Origin: an uncultured candidatus Porisulfidus sp.
Lineage (GTDB): Bacteria; Pseudomonadota; Gammaproteobacteria; Poriferisulfidales; Oxydemutatoraceae
Reading direction: 5' to 3'
NCBI GenBank assembly: GCA_965215125.1
Contig: OZ244052.1
Coordinates: 896,001-960,000 of the forward strand
DNA: 64,000 nt
Shown: positions 9,339-17,772 of the stretch, piece after piece
Layout of the letters: each line of letters begins with the position of its first letter
Numbering within the stretch: the stretch's first letter is position 1
Translations under genes and position numbers: made by a program
Notes under the pieces: generated by a model
What the model saw: only the letters and a program-made list of their open reading frames with translations
Databases searched by the model: none
Told to the model about the DNA's origin: nothing

Positions 9339-10061
9339 ATGAAAAAAACACTTTACCGTGCCATAAACTATATAGTTTTGATGTTTGCTATGGCTTTCGG
9401 CACGCTTGCCGATGCCGGCGATTTGAGTATTGAGAAAGCAAAGCAATATCTGGCCGACTCCTTTCCCAACGCCGAGATTGACAGCCTAAAACCGGCGGCA
9501 ATGCCCGGTGTCTACGAGATCGTCATTGCAGGTGGCGTTTACTATTTGACCGAAGACGGAAAGTTTTTACTCGCCGGCTCGTTGTACGATCTAGAAAGCG
9601 GTAAAGACCTCACCAAGCAGGCTAAGAACGAATTAAGGAGCAACATCGTTACGAAGCTCGCCGAGCGAGAGGCGATCACTTACGCACCGGCGGACTATCA
9701 ATACACACTGAATGTATTCAGCGATGTAGAATGTCCTTCGTGCCGCAATTTTCACAGTCAAATAGATCAAGTCAATGCGCTCGGTATACGCGTGCGCTAT
9801 TTTCTAACCCCGTTTCTCGGAGATACGGCATACCGGAAAGCAACCAGTGTTTGGTGTGCCGATGATCGCCCGACGGCATTGAACCAAGCCAAACTCGGTA
9901 TGACCGTAGAGGATAAACAATGCGACAACCCGTTGGACGAGAATCTTCGTGTGGCAGAGCTGCTCGGCATCAAAGGCACGCCTTCCTTTCTGCTCGAGAA
10001 CGGTGCATTGCTACAAGGTTATCGTACGCCCAAAGTGCTACTCGATGAAATCAAAAAATAA
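9339..10061 (+). CDS. dsbC: Disulfide isomerase DsbC family
   Basis: Signal peptide, N-terminal dimerisation domain (PGVYEI...YLTEDGKFLLAG), FSDVECPSC, GIKGTP. Confidence 0.88.
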   Translation: MKKTLYRAINYIVLMFAMAFGTLADAGDLSIEKAKQYLADSFPNAEIDSLKPAAMPGVYEIVIAGGVYYLTEDGKFLLAGSLYDLESGKDLTKQAKNELRSNIVTKLAEREAITYAPADYQYTLNVFSDVECPSCRNFHSQIDQVNALGIRVRYFLTPFLGDTAYRKATSVWCADDRPTALNQAKLGMTVEDKQCDNPLDENLRVAELLGIKGTPSFLLENGALLQGYRTPKVLLDEIKK

Positions 10062-10119
10062 AATCAACATATCGGTGATAGCGTAAATTACGTTATTGCG
10101 TATGCCCCCCATAACAGCG

Positions 10120-10869
10120 ATGAATATTAAAAAATTCCCGTTTATTCCGATTGCTTCGGTGGCAGCACTCATCACTATATGGTGGCTGGGTTCTTTAGGT
10201 TTAGGCAGGGATTCATTGCCGACCCCGCTGGATGTACTGACAGTCATAACCCGATACACGGAAAGCGGTGAATTATTCGTCCATATCGGCATCACGCTAT
10301 GGCGCGTGATTGCCAGCTTCACACTTGCCATCGTCATAGGTATGACGATCGGATTGCTGATGGGTGCTTCAATGAGAGCGAACGAAATACTCGATCCGTG
10401 GTTGTTGTTTTTTCTCAATCTACCGGCATTGGTCGTCATCATCCTCGCCTATATCTGGTTGGGGTTGACCGAAGTCGCCGCAGTACTTGCGGTTGCCGTC
10501 AATAAAATACCCAATGTCGTCGTGACTTTACGCGAAGGCGCACGCGCTATGGATAGCGGTTTGCAAAATATGGCACTCGTATTTCAATTCGGCTGGTGGA
10601 AAAAACTACGCCATGTCGTCATGCCGCAGTTGGCACCCTATATCGCGGCGGCAACGCGCTCGGGTATCTCGTTGATCTGGAAGATCGTGTTGGTGGTGGA
10701 ACTGCTCGGGCGCAGCGACGGTGTGGGTTTTCAACTGCATCTGCAATTTCAGTTATTCAATATCGCCGGGATTATGGCGTGGGGTTTAACCTTTGTTATT
10801 ATTATGCAGTTCGTGGAGTTGTTTTTGGTGCAACCCTTCGAACGATATGTCAACCGATGGCGCAAATGA
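10120..10869 (+). CDS. NitT/TauT-family ABC permease
   Basis: TM helices, EAA-like loop (REGARAMD...), WKIVLVVELLG. Confidence 0.9.
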   Translation: MNIKKFPFIPIASVAALITIWWLGSLGLGRDSLPTPLDVLTVITRYTESGELFVHIGITLWRVIASFTLAIVIGMTIGLLMGASMRANEILDPWLLFFLNLPALVVIILAYIWLGLTEVAAVLAVAVNKIPNVVVTLREGARAMDSGLQNMALVFQFGWWKKLRHVVMPQLAPYIAAATRSGISLIWKIVLVVELLGRSDGVGFQLHLQFQLFNIAGIMAWGLTFVIIMQFVELFLVQPFERYVNRWRK

Positions 10870-11606
10870 TGTCCACGCCATTGCTCTCGGTTAAGGTCGA
10901 TAAAAAGGATTTTATGCGCCACGACGGAAAACGAATTTCGGTGCTGCGCAATGTTGCGTTCACCATTCCGGATCACGAATTGATTGTCATCACCGGTCCG
11001 TCGGGTTGTGGAAAAACAACACTGCTCAATCTTATCGCCGGACTCGATGCCGACTACCACGGACACATTGAACTACCGCCGAATCCCGACGGTGAGTTGC
11101 CGCTGTCTTATGTATTCCAGAGACCTTGCTTATTACCGTGGCGCACATTAAAAGAAAACATCATGCTGGCTTTGCCCTCGCCACAACACAGCGAAGCAGA
11201 AGTTACATCGCTATTGGAAAAAATGGGCATAGCCGACGCCGCCGATAGTTATCCGAATGCACTGTCTTTAGGTATGGCACGGCGCACCGCCCTGGCACGC
11301 GCATTTGCGGTAAAAGCACCGTTGCTATTGATGGACGAAGCATTTTCATCCATAGACGAACTCACCTCGCAGCGGTTGCGAGAATTGCTTTTGTCGCAAC
11401 TGGAAATCTCATCGCGTATCGTCATTTTCTTGACGCACAACCTGCGCGAAGCATTATTCTTGGGCGATCGTCTGCTGGTCATGTCTAAACGGCCGTCCAC
11501 CGTGGTTGCCGATCTATCGTTGCCGGGAACGCGTGGCCGCCCGCCTGCCGAAGTTGAGTCATTGCATAAAGAAATTTTAGACCAATTCCCGAACATACTC
11601 GGATAA
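10866..11606 (+). CDS. NitT/TauT-family ABC ATP-binding protein
   Basis: ATGA overlap; GPSGCGKT, LSLGMARR, LLMDEAF. Confidence 0.9.
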   Translation: MMSTPLLSVKVDKKDFMRHDGKRISVLRNVAFTIPDHELIVITGPSGCGKTTLLNLIAGLDADYHGHIELPPNPDGELPLSYVFQRPCLLPWRTLKENIMLALPSPQHSEAEVTSLLEKMGIADAADSYPNALSLGMARRTALARAFAVKAPLLLMDEAFSSIDELTSQRLRELLLSQLEISSRIVIFLTHNLREALFLGDRLLVMSKRPSTVVADLSLPGTRGRPPAEVESLHKEILDQFPNILG

Positions 11607-11669
11607 TAAAACTTTATCTATTGTATTGATAAATATAATTATTAGTATTTGTTGTTTTTTAGCAACAGT

Positions 11670-11691
11670 TTTGTATCATTTTTGTATCATT
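11670..11691 (+). promoter_or_regulatory. Tandem 11-bp direct repeat upstream of porin (possible response-regulator box)
   Basis: TTTGTATCATT x2, perfect, ~110 bp before the porin start. Confidence 0.4.
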
Positions 11692-11798
11692 ACATATTTA
11701 CTTGCTTTATACTACAGGGCATCTAATTATTTAGATGTGTTAGTGGCTTGATTTCAAGCCTAATATTTAATCAGATTAATAACCCTCGGGAGGATAAA

Positions 11799-13136
11799 AT
11801 GAAATATCTCAAAAAACTAACAGTAACTATGATTAGCTGTTTACTCTTTACAATACCCACATCTGCATTCGCCGATGCATTTGAAGGTTTATCGATGATG
11901 CGCATGGGCGCATGGGAGGTTGACTTCAGCGGTAACGTAAATGCTTTTGCCACCATAGGCGAATGTGATCCGCAAATAGAAGGTACTTTAGTCGGAGGCG
12001 GTTTAGCCTGTCTAGGAAACGCTAACGACGAAGATTACACCGATGTCAGAGATGGTCTATTGCCGTCATGGTTCAACTTCACCGCTGCGACGGTCACCGA
12101 TAGCGGCATCAGAACCGCCGTTCATCTCAGTTTCCAGCCTGGTACCAGTACTGGGCCTAGTGGTATAGGTATTAATAGAGATGGTGCTCTAGGTCAAAAT
12201 GATGTTAACTTCCGCCAAGTCTTCTTGACTTTCGGCACCGAACAATGGGGCACGATCAAGTTGGGACGCGATCTGGGTGTCTTCGGCAGCGATGCAATCC
12301 TAGAAGATATGACGCTGCTTGGTGTCGGGTCGGGTGCAAATCTTGATGGCCACACTACGCTAGGTCGTATTGGTGTCGGTTATTTGTATGCCGACTGGAA
12401 AGCCCAAGTCCAATATACCTCGCCGAACATGAACGGTTTTACATTCACTGGGGCGATCGTTGATCCTTGGGAAGCAGGTACGCTTGCTGGTGCTCAATAT
12501 AGCCGCGTTGGTGCTCAAACTCAAGAAGATGATACCTATGGTATTGAAGCCAAGCTCAACTACAACTATGCGCTGGGTGACACTTCGGTGAAATTCTGGG
12601 CAGGCTATATCCGCCAAGATTTAGACTTTGAGGACGGCAACGATGCCGAAGCCGATGGTTATGATATCGGTGTCAAGTGGGGCCACGGCAGCTTTGATGT
12701 CGTCGGCTACTACTACGACGGCGAAGGCATCGGCACCACCGGTTTTCTGTTGGATGGCTTGGATGCCGACGGCAACGAGCGCGACTCGGACGGTTTTTAT
12801 ATCCAAGGTCGCTACCGTATGCCTACCGGAACCCTGCTCGGAGTCAGCTACGGCGAAAGTTCGCTGGACGAAACCGCTTATGACCGGACACAGAAAAACA
12901 TGGATAGAGCGAGAATAGCAGCCCTTACACCAACAGCAATAGCAGCAGACCCTACTCTCACCAACCCCACATATAACTTGGTTGATACCAACGAATCTGT
13001 GGTAGTCGGTCTTTATCATCCGATAGGTGAAGCGTTAAATTTAGTGCTTGAATACACCGATACCGAAGCCGAATCGCATAGCGGCATCACCAACGAGGAA
13101 ACAACATTGGCAATCGGTGCCATTATGTTCTTTTAA
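11799..13136 (+). CDS. Gram-negative outer-membrane porin
   Basis: GGAGG RBS, signal peptide, FRQVFLTFG...WGTIKLGRD, C-terminal AIGAIMFF. Confidence 0.9.
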   Translation: MKYLKKLTVTMISCLLFTIPTSAFADAFEGLSMMRMGAWEVDFSGNVNAFATIGECDPQIEGTLVGGGLACLGNANDEDYTDVRDGLLPSWFNFTAATVTDSGIRTAVHLSFQPGTSTGPSGIGINRDGALGQNDVNFRQVFLTFGTEQWGTIKLGRDLGVFGSDAILEDMTLLGVGSGANLDGHTTLGRIGVGYLYADWKAQVQYTSPNMNGFTFTGAIVDPWEAGTLAGAQYSRVGAQTQEDDTYGIEAKLNYNYALGDTSVKFWAGYIRQDLDFEDGNDAEADGYDIGVKWGHGSFDVVGYYYDGEGIGTTGFLLDGLDADGNERDSDGFYIQGRYRMPTGTLLGVSYGESSLDETAYDRTQKNMDRARIAALTPTAIAADPTLTNPTYNLVDTNESVVVGLYHPIGEALNLVLEYTDTEAESHSGITNEETTLAIGAIMFF

Positions 13137-13168
13137 GTACAACAATATCCTTCATATATACTCGTAAT

Positions 13169-13204
13169 GCTGTTGCCGGCTTATCACCGGCAACAGCCTT
13201 TCTT
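13169..13204 (+). terminator. Intrinsic terminator after porin
   Basis: GCTGTTGCCGG-N7-CCGGCAACAGC followed by T-rich run. Confidence 0.75.
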
Positions 13205-13207
13205 AAA

Positions 13208-13521
13208 AACACTCCCCCTAAGGGCGGACATGCAAGTCCGCCCCTACGGAGGGGTGTTAGGCGTAGCGTATCTGCACAAGTATAGTGTCAGTACATTCCC
13301 CTCCTTCGGAGGGGTGGCCTATGCATTTTGCAATGCATGCGTTTAGCAGTAATGTTGAGGTTCTGAACAAAGTCACGCCGATTGACCTACTGGTTCAATC
13401 GGCAGTTCTATTCAGCCTGACGGGGTGGTCTCCAACCGCTTGCGCCATTTGGTTTTGGTTTCCATAAACTGCGATGAATAAATGTATAAATCATGCAGGC
13501 GCAACGCGTTACAGGCGGACA
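13208..13521. repeat. Mosaic REP/MITE cluster including an unoccupied REP target GGGCGGACATGCAAGTCCGCCCCTAC (13222-13247)
   Basis: Hairpin REP ending CTAC; 13293-13430 nearly identical to 20197-20331. Confidence 0.9.
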
Positions 13522-13544
13522 GATATATTAAACCGCAGCTTATT

Positions 13545-13740
13545 TGATATAAGATAAACGCTTAGGTAGATGCAGTGCCTAGGAAGTCGGAGGAGACACG
13601 CTGCAGGACGGACAAGGCATTAAAGCCTGGTTGCATGAAAAGCACTCCTCCGGCGTTATGACTATAGAGCTCGAAAGGCATCTTGGGACTTTAGATCTCG
13701 TATTTATCTGTTTGAGCGGCGTAGTCATACTTTCCTAGAC
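13545..13740 (+). ncRNA. Predicted IS110 bridge RNA (target-binding and donor-binding loops); ends approximate
   Basis: GGACGGACA (13606-14)/hairpin/TTGCATG (13631-37) match target; AAGGCATC (13675-82)/hairpin/TATCTG (13705-10) match circle junction; enclosing stems GGAGGAG/CTCCTCC and ATGACTAT/GTAGTCAT. Confidence 0.85.
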
Positions 13741-13795
13741 TTTGCTTGCTACCTATTATTTCATTAACTCAACAACCCATATGGAGAACATTATT

Positions 13796-14782
13796 ATGGA
13801 AAACAAACAACCCGTCACAATTGGCGTTGATGTCTCTAAAGAGACTTTAGAAACAGCTCTATTATTCACCGATAATAGTTTTGCCGAGCAGCAATTCAGT
13901 AATGATGCCAAAGGCATTAAACAACTGTTATCTTGGGCTACCGAGCATGGTGCGCAACAGTGTCGCCTCTGCGTTGAGGCAACCGGCGGTTTTGAGCTAG
14001 ACCTGTGCATGGAAAGCTATGACCAACATCCCATCACGATTGTGCCACCTGTACAGGTCGCGAGCTACCGCAAAACGCTGGGTATGCGTAATAAAACCGA
14101 TGGCGTTGATGCGCAACTCATCGCACGCTTCGCATTTGCAGTCGGTGATATTCAAGACTGGGAACAGCCTACCGAAGCAGTATTCGCCTTGAGAGATACA
14201 CTGAAATGGCGCCGGCAATTAACCAAGTCCCATACGCAGTTAAGCAACTGTGCAAAGACGCTGCGCAGTATGCAGCTCAAAAAGAAGGCAGCTGCAGAAC
14301 TCGCTCACCTCCAGAAGCAAATCCATGAGTGTGACGCCTTACTTTACGAAATCATCGCTGAAGACGAACAACTCACACAGCAGTATCAATTGCTCTGCTC
14401 TATTACTGGAATCGGAACTCAAACCGCAGCCACCCTATGTGCAGCTTTTGATGATAATACGTTTCAACACCCAAAGCAACTTGCCGCCTATATCGGCATC
14501 ACTCCGATGCGCAAGCAATCCGGCAACTACGAGGCGAAGGCGCACATCTCTAAAATTGGCGATGCACACCTGCGCACCGCACTATTTATGGCGGCACTCT
14601 CGGCTCGGGTTCATAACCCAATCGTCCGTGCGTTCGCCGACCAGTTAAGCCGGCGGCGTCCGGATTTAACCAAAAAGCAGGTTATTGTTGCTTGCGCCCA
14701 TAAACTGACGCGTATCATTTACGGAATACTCAAGCACAAGAAACCGTTTGACCCGAATTATTGTTGCGTATCTGCGTCCTAA
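13796..14782 (+). CDS. IS110-family DEDD recombinase/transposase
   Basis: GVDVSK, VEATG, KTDGVDA (DEDD) and QSG (Tnp-domain Ser); GGAG RBS before ATG 13796. Confidence 0.95.
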   Translation: MENKQPVTIGVDVSKETLETALLFTDNSFAEQQFSNDAKGIKQLLSWATEHGAQQCRLCVEATGGFELDLCMESYDQHPITIVPPVQVASYRKTLGMRNKTDGVDAQLIARFAFAVGDIQDWEQPTEAVFALRDTLKWRRQLTKSHTQLSNCAKTLRSMQLKKKAAAELAHLQKQIHECDALLYEIIAEDEQLTQQYQLLCSITGIGTQTAATLCAAFDDNTFQHPKQLAAYIGITPMRKQSGNYEAKAHISKIGDAHLRTALFMAALSARVHNPIVRAFADQLSRRRPDLTKKQVIVACAHKLTRIIYGILKHKKPFDPNYCCVSAS

Positions 14783-14966
14783 ATTGATACTCAGAAGAGA
14801 AGATAGAAAAAGATAAAAAACGAATAAAATAACTTGACTTTGAATAAGGCATCATGCAAGTCCGCCCCTACAATTGGTTTGCGTAATTAGGGGGCGCACA
14901 GCGGTTGGATTTTTGCGCTGCCAATACTTTTACAACAGCCCCGTAGTTTAATGCTAAAATGGCGTA

Positions 14967-15785
14967 ATGCTTTCATACCACACATTCTATAAAATCATCG
15001 TTTATGTATCGGTAATCCTTGCGATACCGATAGGTGCATACGCTCAAGTCGGGCAATGGCAGGAGGGTGAGTTTGTCAAACTCGTGGCACGCGACGGTAC
15101 TCCCGGAATTAGTAATAACCACCCGCTTAAAATTAACCCGCAAACACTTACCGCCGTCCTCGCCGAAATAAAAATTTTGCCTAAAAAGGCGTCCGACGAC
15201 GACGAAGTACCGGAACTGCTGTTCTCAAAATCAAAAACCGAATCTTTGGGAATCAAACTGAGCGAAGCCTTCGGCAAAGCACGCCCGGACGAGGACATCG
15301 CTTTTCAGGTAATGGAAGTATCGCCGCTACTCGGCAAACTCATCAGCAAACCGGTTTATACCACCGGGCGTATGTTCTGGAGAAATAAGCGGTTGCAAAT
15401 AGTCTTCGGGTCTATACAACGAGGCATCGCCAAGCGTAAGTTATTGGGGCAAGATGCCGGCGTTATCAACCCACCGAAAATCGGTAGCCGTGAGCGTGTG
15501 ATTGATTCCGATTATAAGCCTGCGCTATTTCCCGGCACTCGCTACGCAGAAACTCGAAGCGGCACCGTGCGTAGCGACTGGCTTATGATAGACCCGCGCG
15601 AAACCTTGCGCGCACTTTCCGATGCCAAAGAGCAAACCGAGATGCAAACCGAGAACGAGCGCAAAGCGAAACCCGACAACTCCGTCGAGGCGCGTCTCAG
15701 ATATCTGAAAGGCTTGCGAGAACGGGATTTGATATCCGAAGAAAATTACCGATACAAAGTGCGCCAAATTTTGGATAAACTTTAG
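14967..15785 (+). CDS. Exported hypothetical protein with C-terminal SHOCT-like domain
   Basis: Signal peptide; C-terminal EARLRYLKGLRERDLISEENY. Confidence 0.75.
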   Translation: MLSYHTFYKIIVYVSVILAIPIGAYAQVGQWQEGEFVKLVARDGTPGISNNHPLKINPQTLTAVLAEIKILPKKASDDDEVPELLFSKSKTESLGIKLSEAFGKARPDEDIAFQVMEVSPLLGKLISKPVYTTGRMFWRNKRLQIVFGSIQRGIAKRKLLGQDAGVINPPKIGSRERVIDSDYKPALFPGTRYAETRSGTVRSDWLMIDPRETLRALSDAKEQTEMQTENERKAKPDNSVEARLRYLKGLRERDLISEENYRYKVRQILDKL

Positions 15786-15866
15786 TGTTTATCCGACGAC
15801 AAAATTCAAATCGGATATTACCCGATAGAATGATTAGATCAACTTAATACAAAGGAGGAAACCCTC

Positions 15867-16910
15867 ATGCCGAACGACTTTTACAACGAAAAAAATCATG
15901 GAAGCTATGAGATTTTTAATCTCGGTGATTTTGAATTACAACGCGGTGGGTCCTTGCCGAATTGCAAACTCGCTTATGCAACGGCGGGTGAACTCGCCGA
16001 CACAAAAGACAATGCGATACTCTTTCCGGTGATGTTCTCCGGAACCAGCGGTAGCCTGCAGCATTATATAGGCGAAGGGCTGGCACTCGATCCTAAAAAA
16101 TACTTCATCATTATCCCCAACCAACTCGGCAACGGGCTTTCCAGTTCCCCCAACAATAGCGAGGCACCGTTCGATGCAGGCTCGTTTCCACCGCTGGATA
16201 TCGCCGACGATGTACGGGCGCAACACCGCTTGCTCGGCGAACACTTCGGCATCACCGAACTACAACTGGTTGTCGGCTGGTCTATGGGAGCACAGCAGAC
16301 TTATGAATGGGCAGTGCGCTATCCGGAGATGGTACGCCGCGCCGCTCCGATTGCCGGCACCGCCAAGGTGACTCCGCACGACGCACTTTATGTGGATACC
16401 TTTTGTGAGGCACTCAAATCCGATCCGGTTTGGAACAACGGGAATTACGGGGACGATGTCGTCAAAGACGGTTTGCAACTTTTGGCTCGGGTATTCGCAC
16501 TGATGGGTGTATGCCCCGAATTCTACAAGCAGCAACTGTGGCAAAAGATAGACATTAAATCTATGGACGAATTTCTGAGCGGCTTTTGGGAAAAATGGTT
16601 TGCACCGATGGACCCCAATGTGCTGTTGTGCATGGCGGACAAATGGAAAAACGGCGATGTGAGTATCCCGTACGACGGCGATTTGAATAAAGCCTTGCAG
16701 CGTATTACCGCCCGCACAACCGTTATCGCTTTTTCCGAAGATATGTTTATACCCGAACAAGATTGCCGTGCCGAACAAGCGATGATACCCAACTCTAAAA
16801 TAGAGGTGCTGGATAGCCTATGGGGGCATTTCACGACCTTAGGTTTATTCGAAGAGGACTTTAAGCGTATCAACGAGATACTCGGCGACCTATTGGCTCA
16901 ATCGGCGTAA
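15867..16910 (+). CDS. Homoserine O-acetyltransferase-like alpha/beta hydrolase
   Basis: AAGGAGG RBS; LAYATAGEL, GNGLSSSP, GWSMG nucleophile, D and WGH triad residues. Confidence 0.85.
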   Translation: MPNDFYNEKNHGSYEIFNLGDFELQRGGSLPNCKLAYATAGELADTKDNAILFPVMFSGTSGSLQHYIGEGLALDPKKYFIIIPNQLGNGLSSSPNNSEAPFDAGSFPPLDIADDVRAQHRLLGEHFGITELQLVVGWSMGAQQTYEWAVRYPEMVRRAAPIAGTAKVTPHDALYVDTFCEALKSDPVWNNGNYGDDVVKDGLQLLARVFALMGVCPEFYKQQLWQKIDIKSMDEFLSGFWEKWFAPMDPNVLLCMADKWKNGDVSIPYDGDLNKALQRITARTTVIAFSEDMFIPEQDCRAEQAMIPNSKIEVLDSLWGHFTTLGLFEEDFKRINEILGDLLAQSA

Positions 16911-17050
16911 CATTGTGCAGAACTCTGATGCATAGTACAAAATGTAAAGCCTTTCCATGGGGTGGTTCCAACCTTAACCCACTCGCACGATTAACGCATC
17001 CACCCATTGATTTATGGGAGTCAAAACCAAGTGGCGCATGATAGTTTTCG
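16888..17050. repeat. REP/MITE module overlapping the 3' end of the hydrolase gene
   Basis: GACCTATTGGCTCAATCGGCG and ACATTGTGCAGAAC...GTACAAAATGTAAAGCCTTT match other copies. Confidence 0.85.
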
Positions 17051-17186
17051 CAACTCATCCATTTTTTTGATACCGTTCGTCGGAAATGTGAAACAGCACC
17101 AGATCGCCCATTTTATGATCCGACCCTGATTAAACGGCTTGCTATGACGCAAGCTCTTTTTTATAATTCAACTTAAGAGGTTAAAA

Positions 17187-17669
17187 ATGGAAAATATAGA
17201 GAGTGTAGATAACTTAACGATTGAAACCATTTACAAAATGGTGCTTGAAATGAAGTCAAAGCTGGACTTTCTAGAATCGGAAACGCATGCCCCACAATCT
17301 GACAAGGCAGGTTTATACATGGAAAGTATAGATCTAAGACTAAGCAATGTTAATTCCGACATCGTAGAAATAAGAGCCGATATAGAAAGCATAAAGCTAA
17401 GATCGAGCAATGTTGAGACTGACATTGTAGAAAGTATAAAGCTAAGACTGAGCAAAGTTGAAGCCGACATCGTAGACATGAAAACTGATATAGCGGTTAT
17501 AAAAGCCGATACAGAAAGCATGAAACTGCGACTAATCAGGATTGAAACCGACATTGCAGACATCAAAGCAGAACAATCTAAATTCTATAAATGGGGTTTA
17601 GCGTTAACCGCCGGCATTATTGTCTCGGTAAGTTCTATTGTTAGTTTGGTTGTAATTTTTACCAGCTAA
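17187..17669 (+). CDS. Coiled-coil repeat protein with C-terminal TM anchor
   Basis: Four ESIKLRLSxVExDIV-like repeats, also visible at DNA level; hydrophobic C-terminus. Confidence 0.75.
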   Translation: MENIESVDNLTIETIYKMVLEMKSKLDFLESETHAPQSDKAGLYMESIDLRLSNVNSDIVEIRADIESIKLRSSNVETDIVESIKLRLSKVEADIVDMKTDIAVIKADTESMKLRLIRIETDIADIKAEQSKFYKWGLALTAGIIVSVSSIVSLVVIFTS

Positions 17670-17679
17670 CTCCTAATCC

Positions 17680-17772
17680 ATAGCCTGACAGGGTGGTTGC
17701 AGAAATGGGGCTGTTGAAAAAGTATCCATGAACTATAGGGACGGTACATTCCCCTCCTGTGGAGGGGTGGCA
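17680..17772. repeat. REP/MITE module cut by IS1380 insertion
   Basis: GGGGCTGTTGAAAAAGTATCC...GGAGGGGTGGCA identical to ~19783-19848. Confidence 0.85.

Larger units (their letters stand above)
13522..14854 (+). mobile_element. Intact IS110-family element inserted in a GTAG-REP at a CA core
   Basis: Flanks GGCGGA-CA[...]CA-TGCAAGTCCGCCCCTAC rejoin to the REP; no terminal IRs; long 5' non-coding end. Confidence 0.93.
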
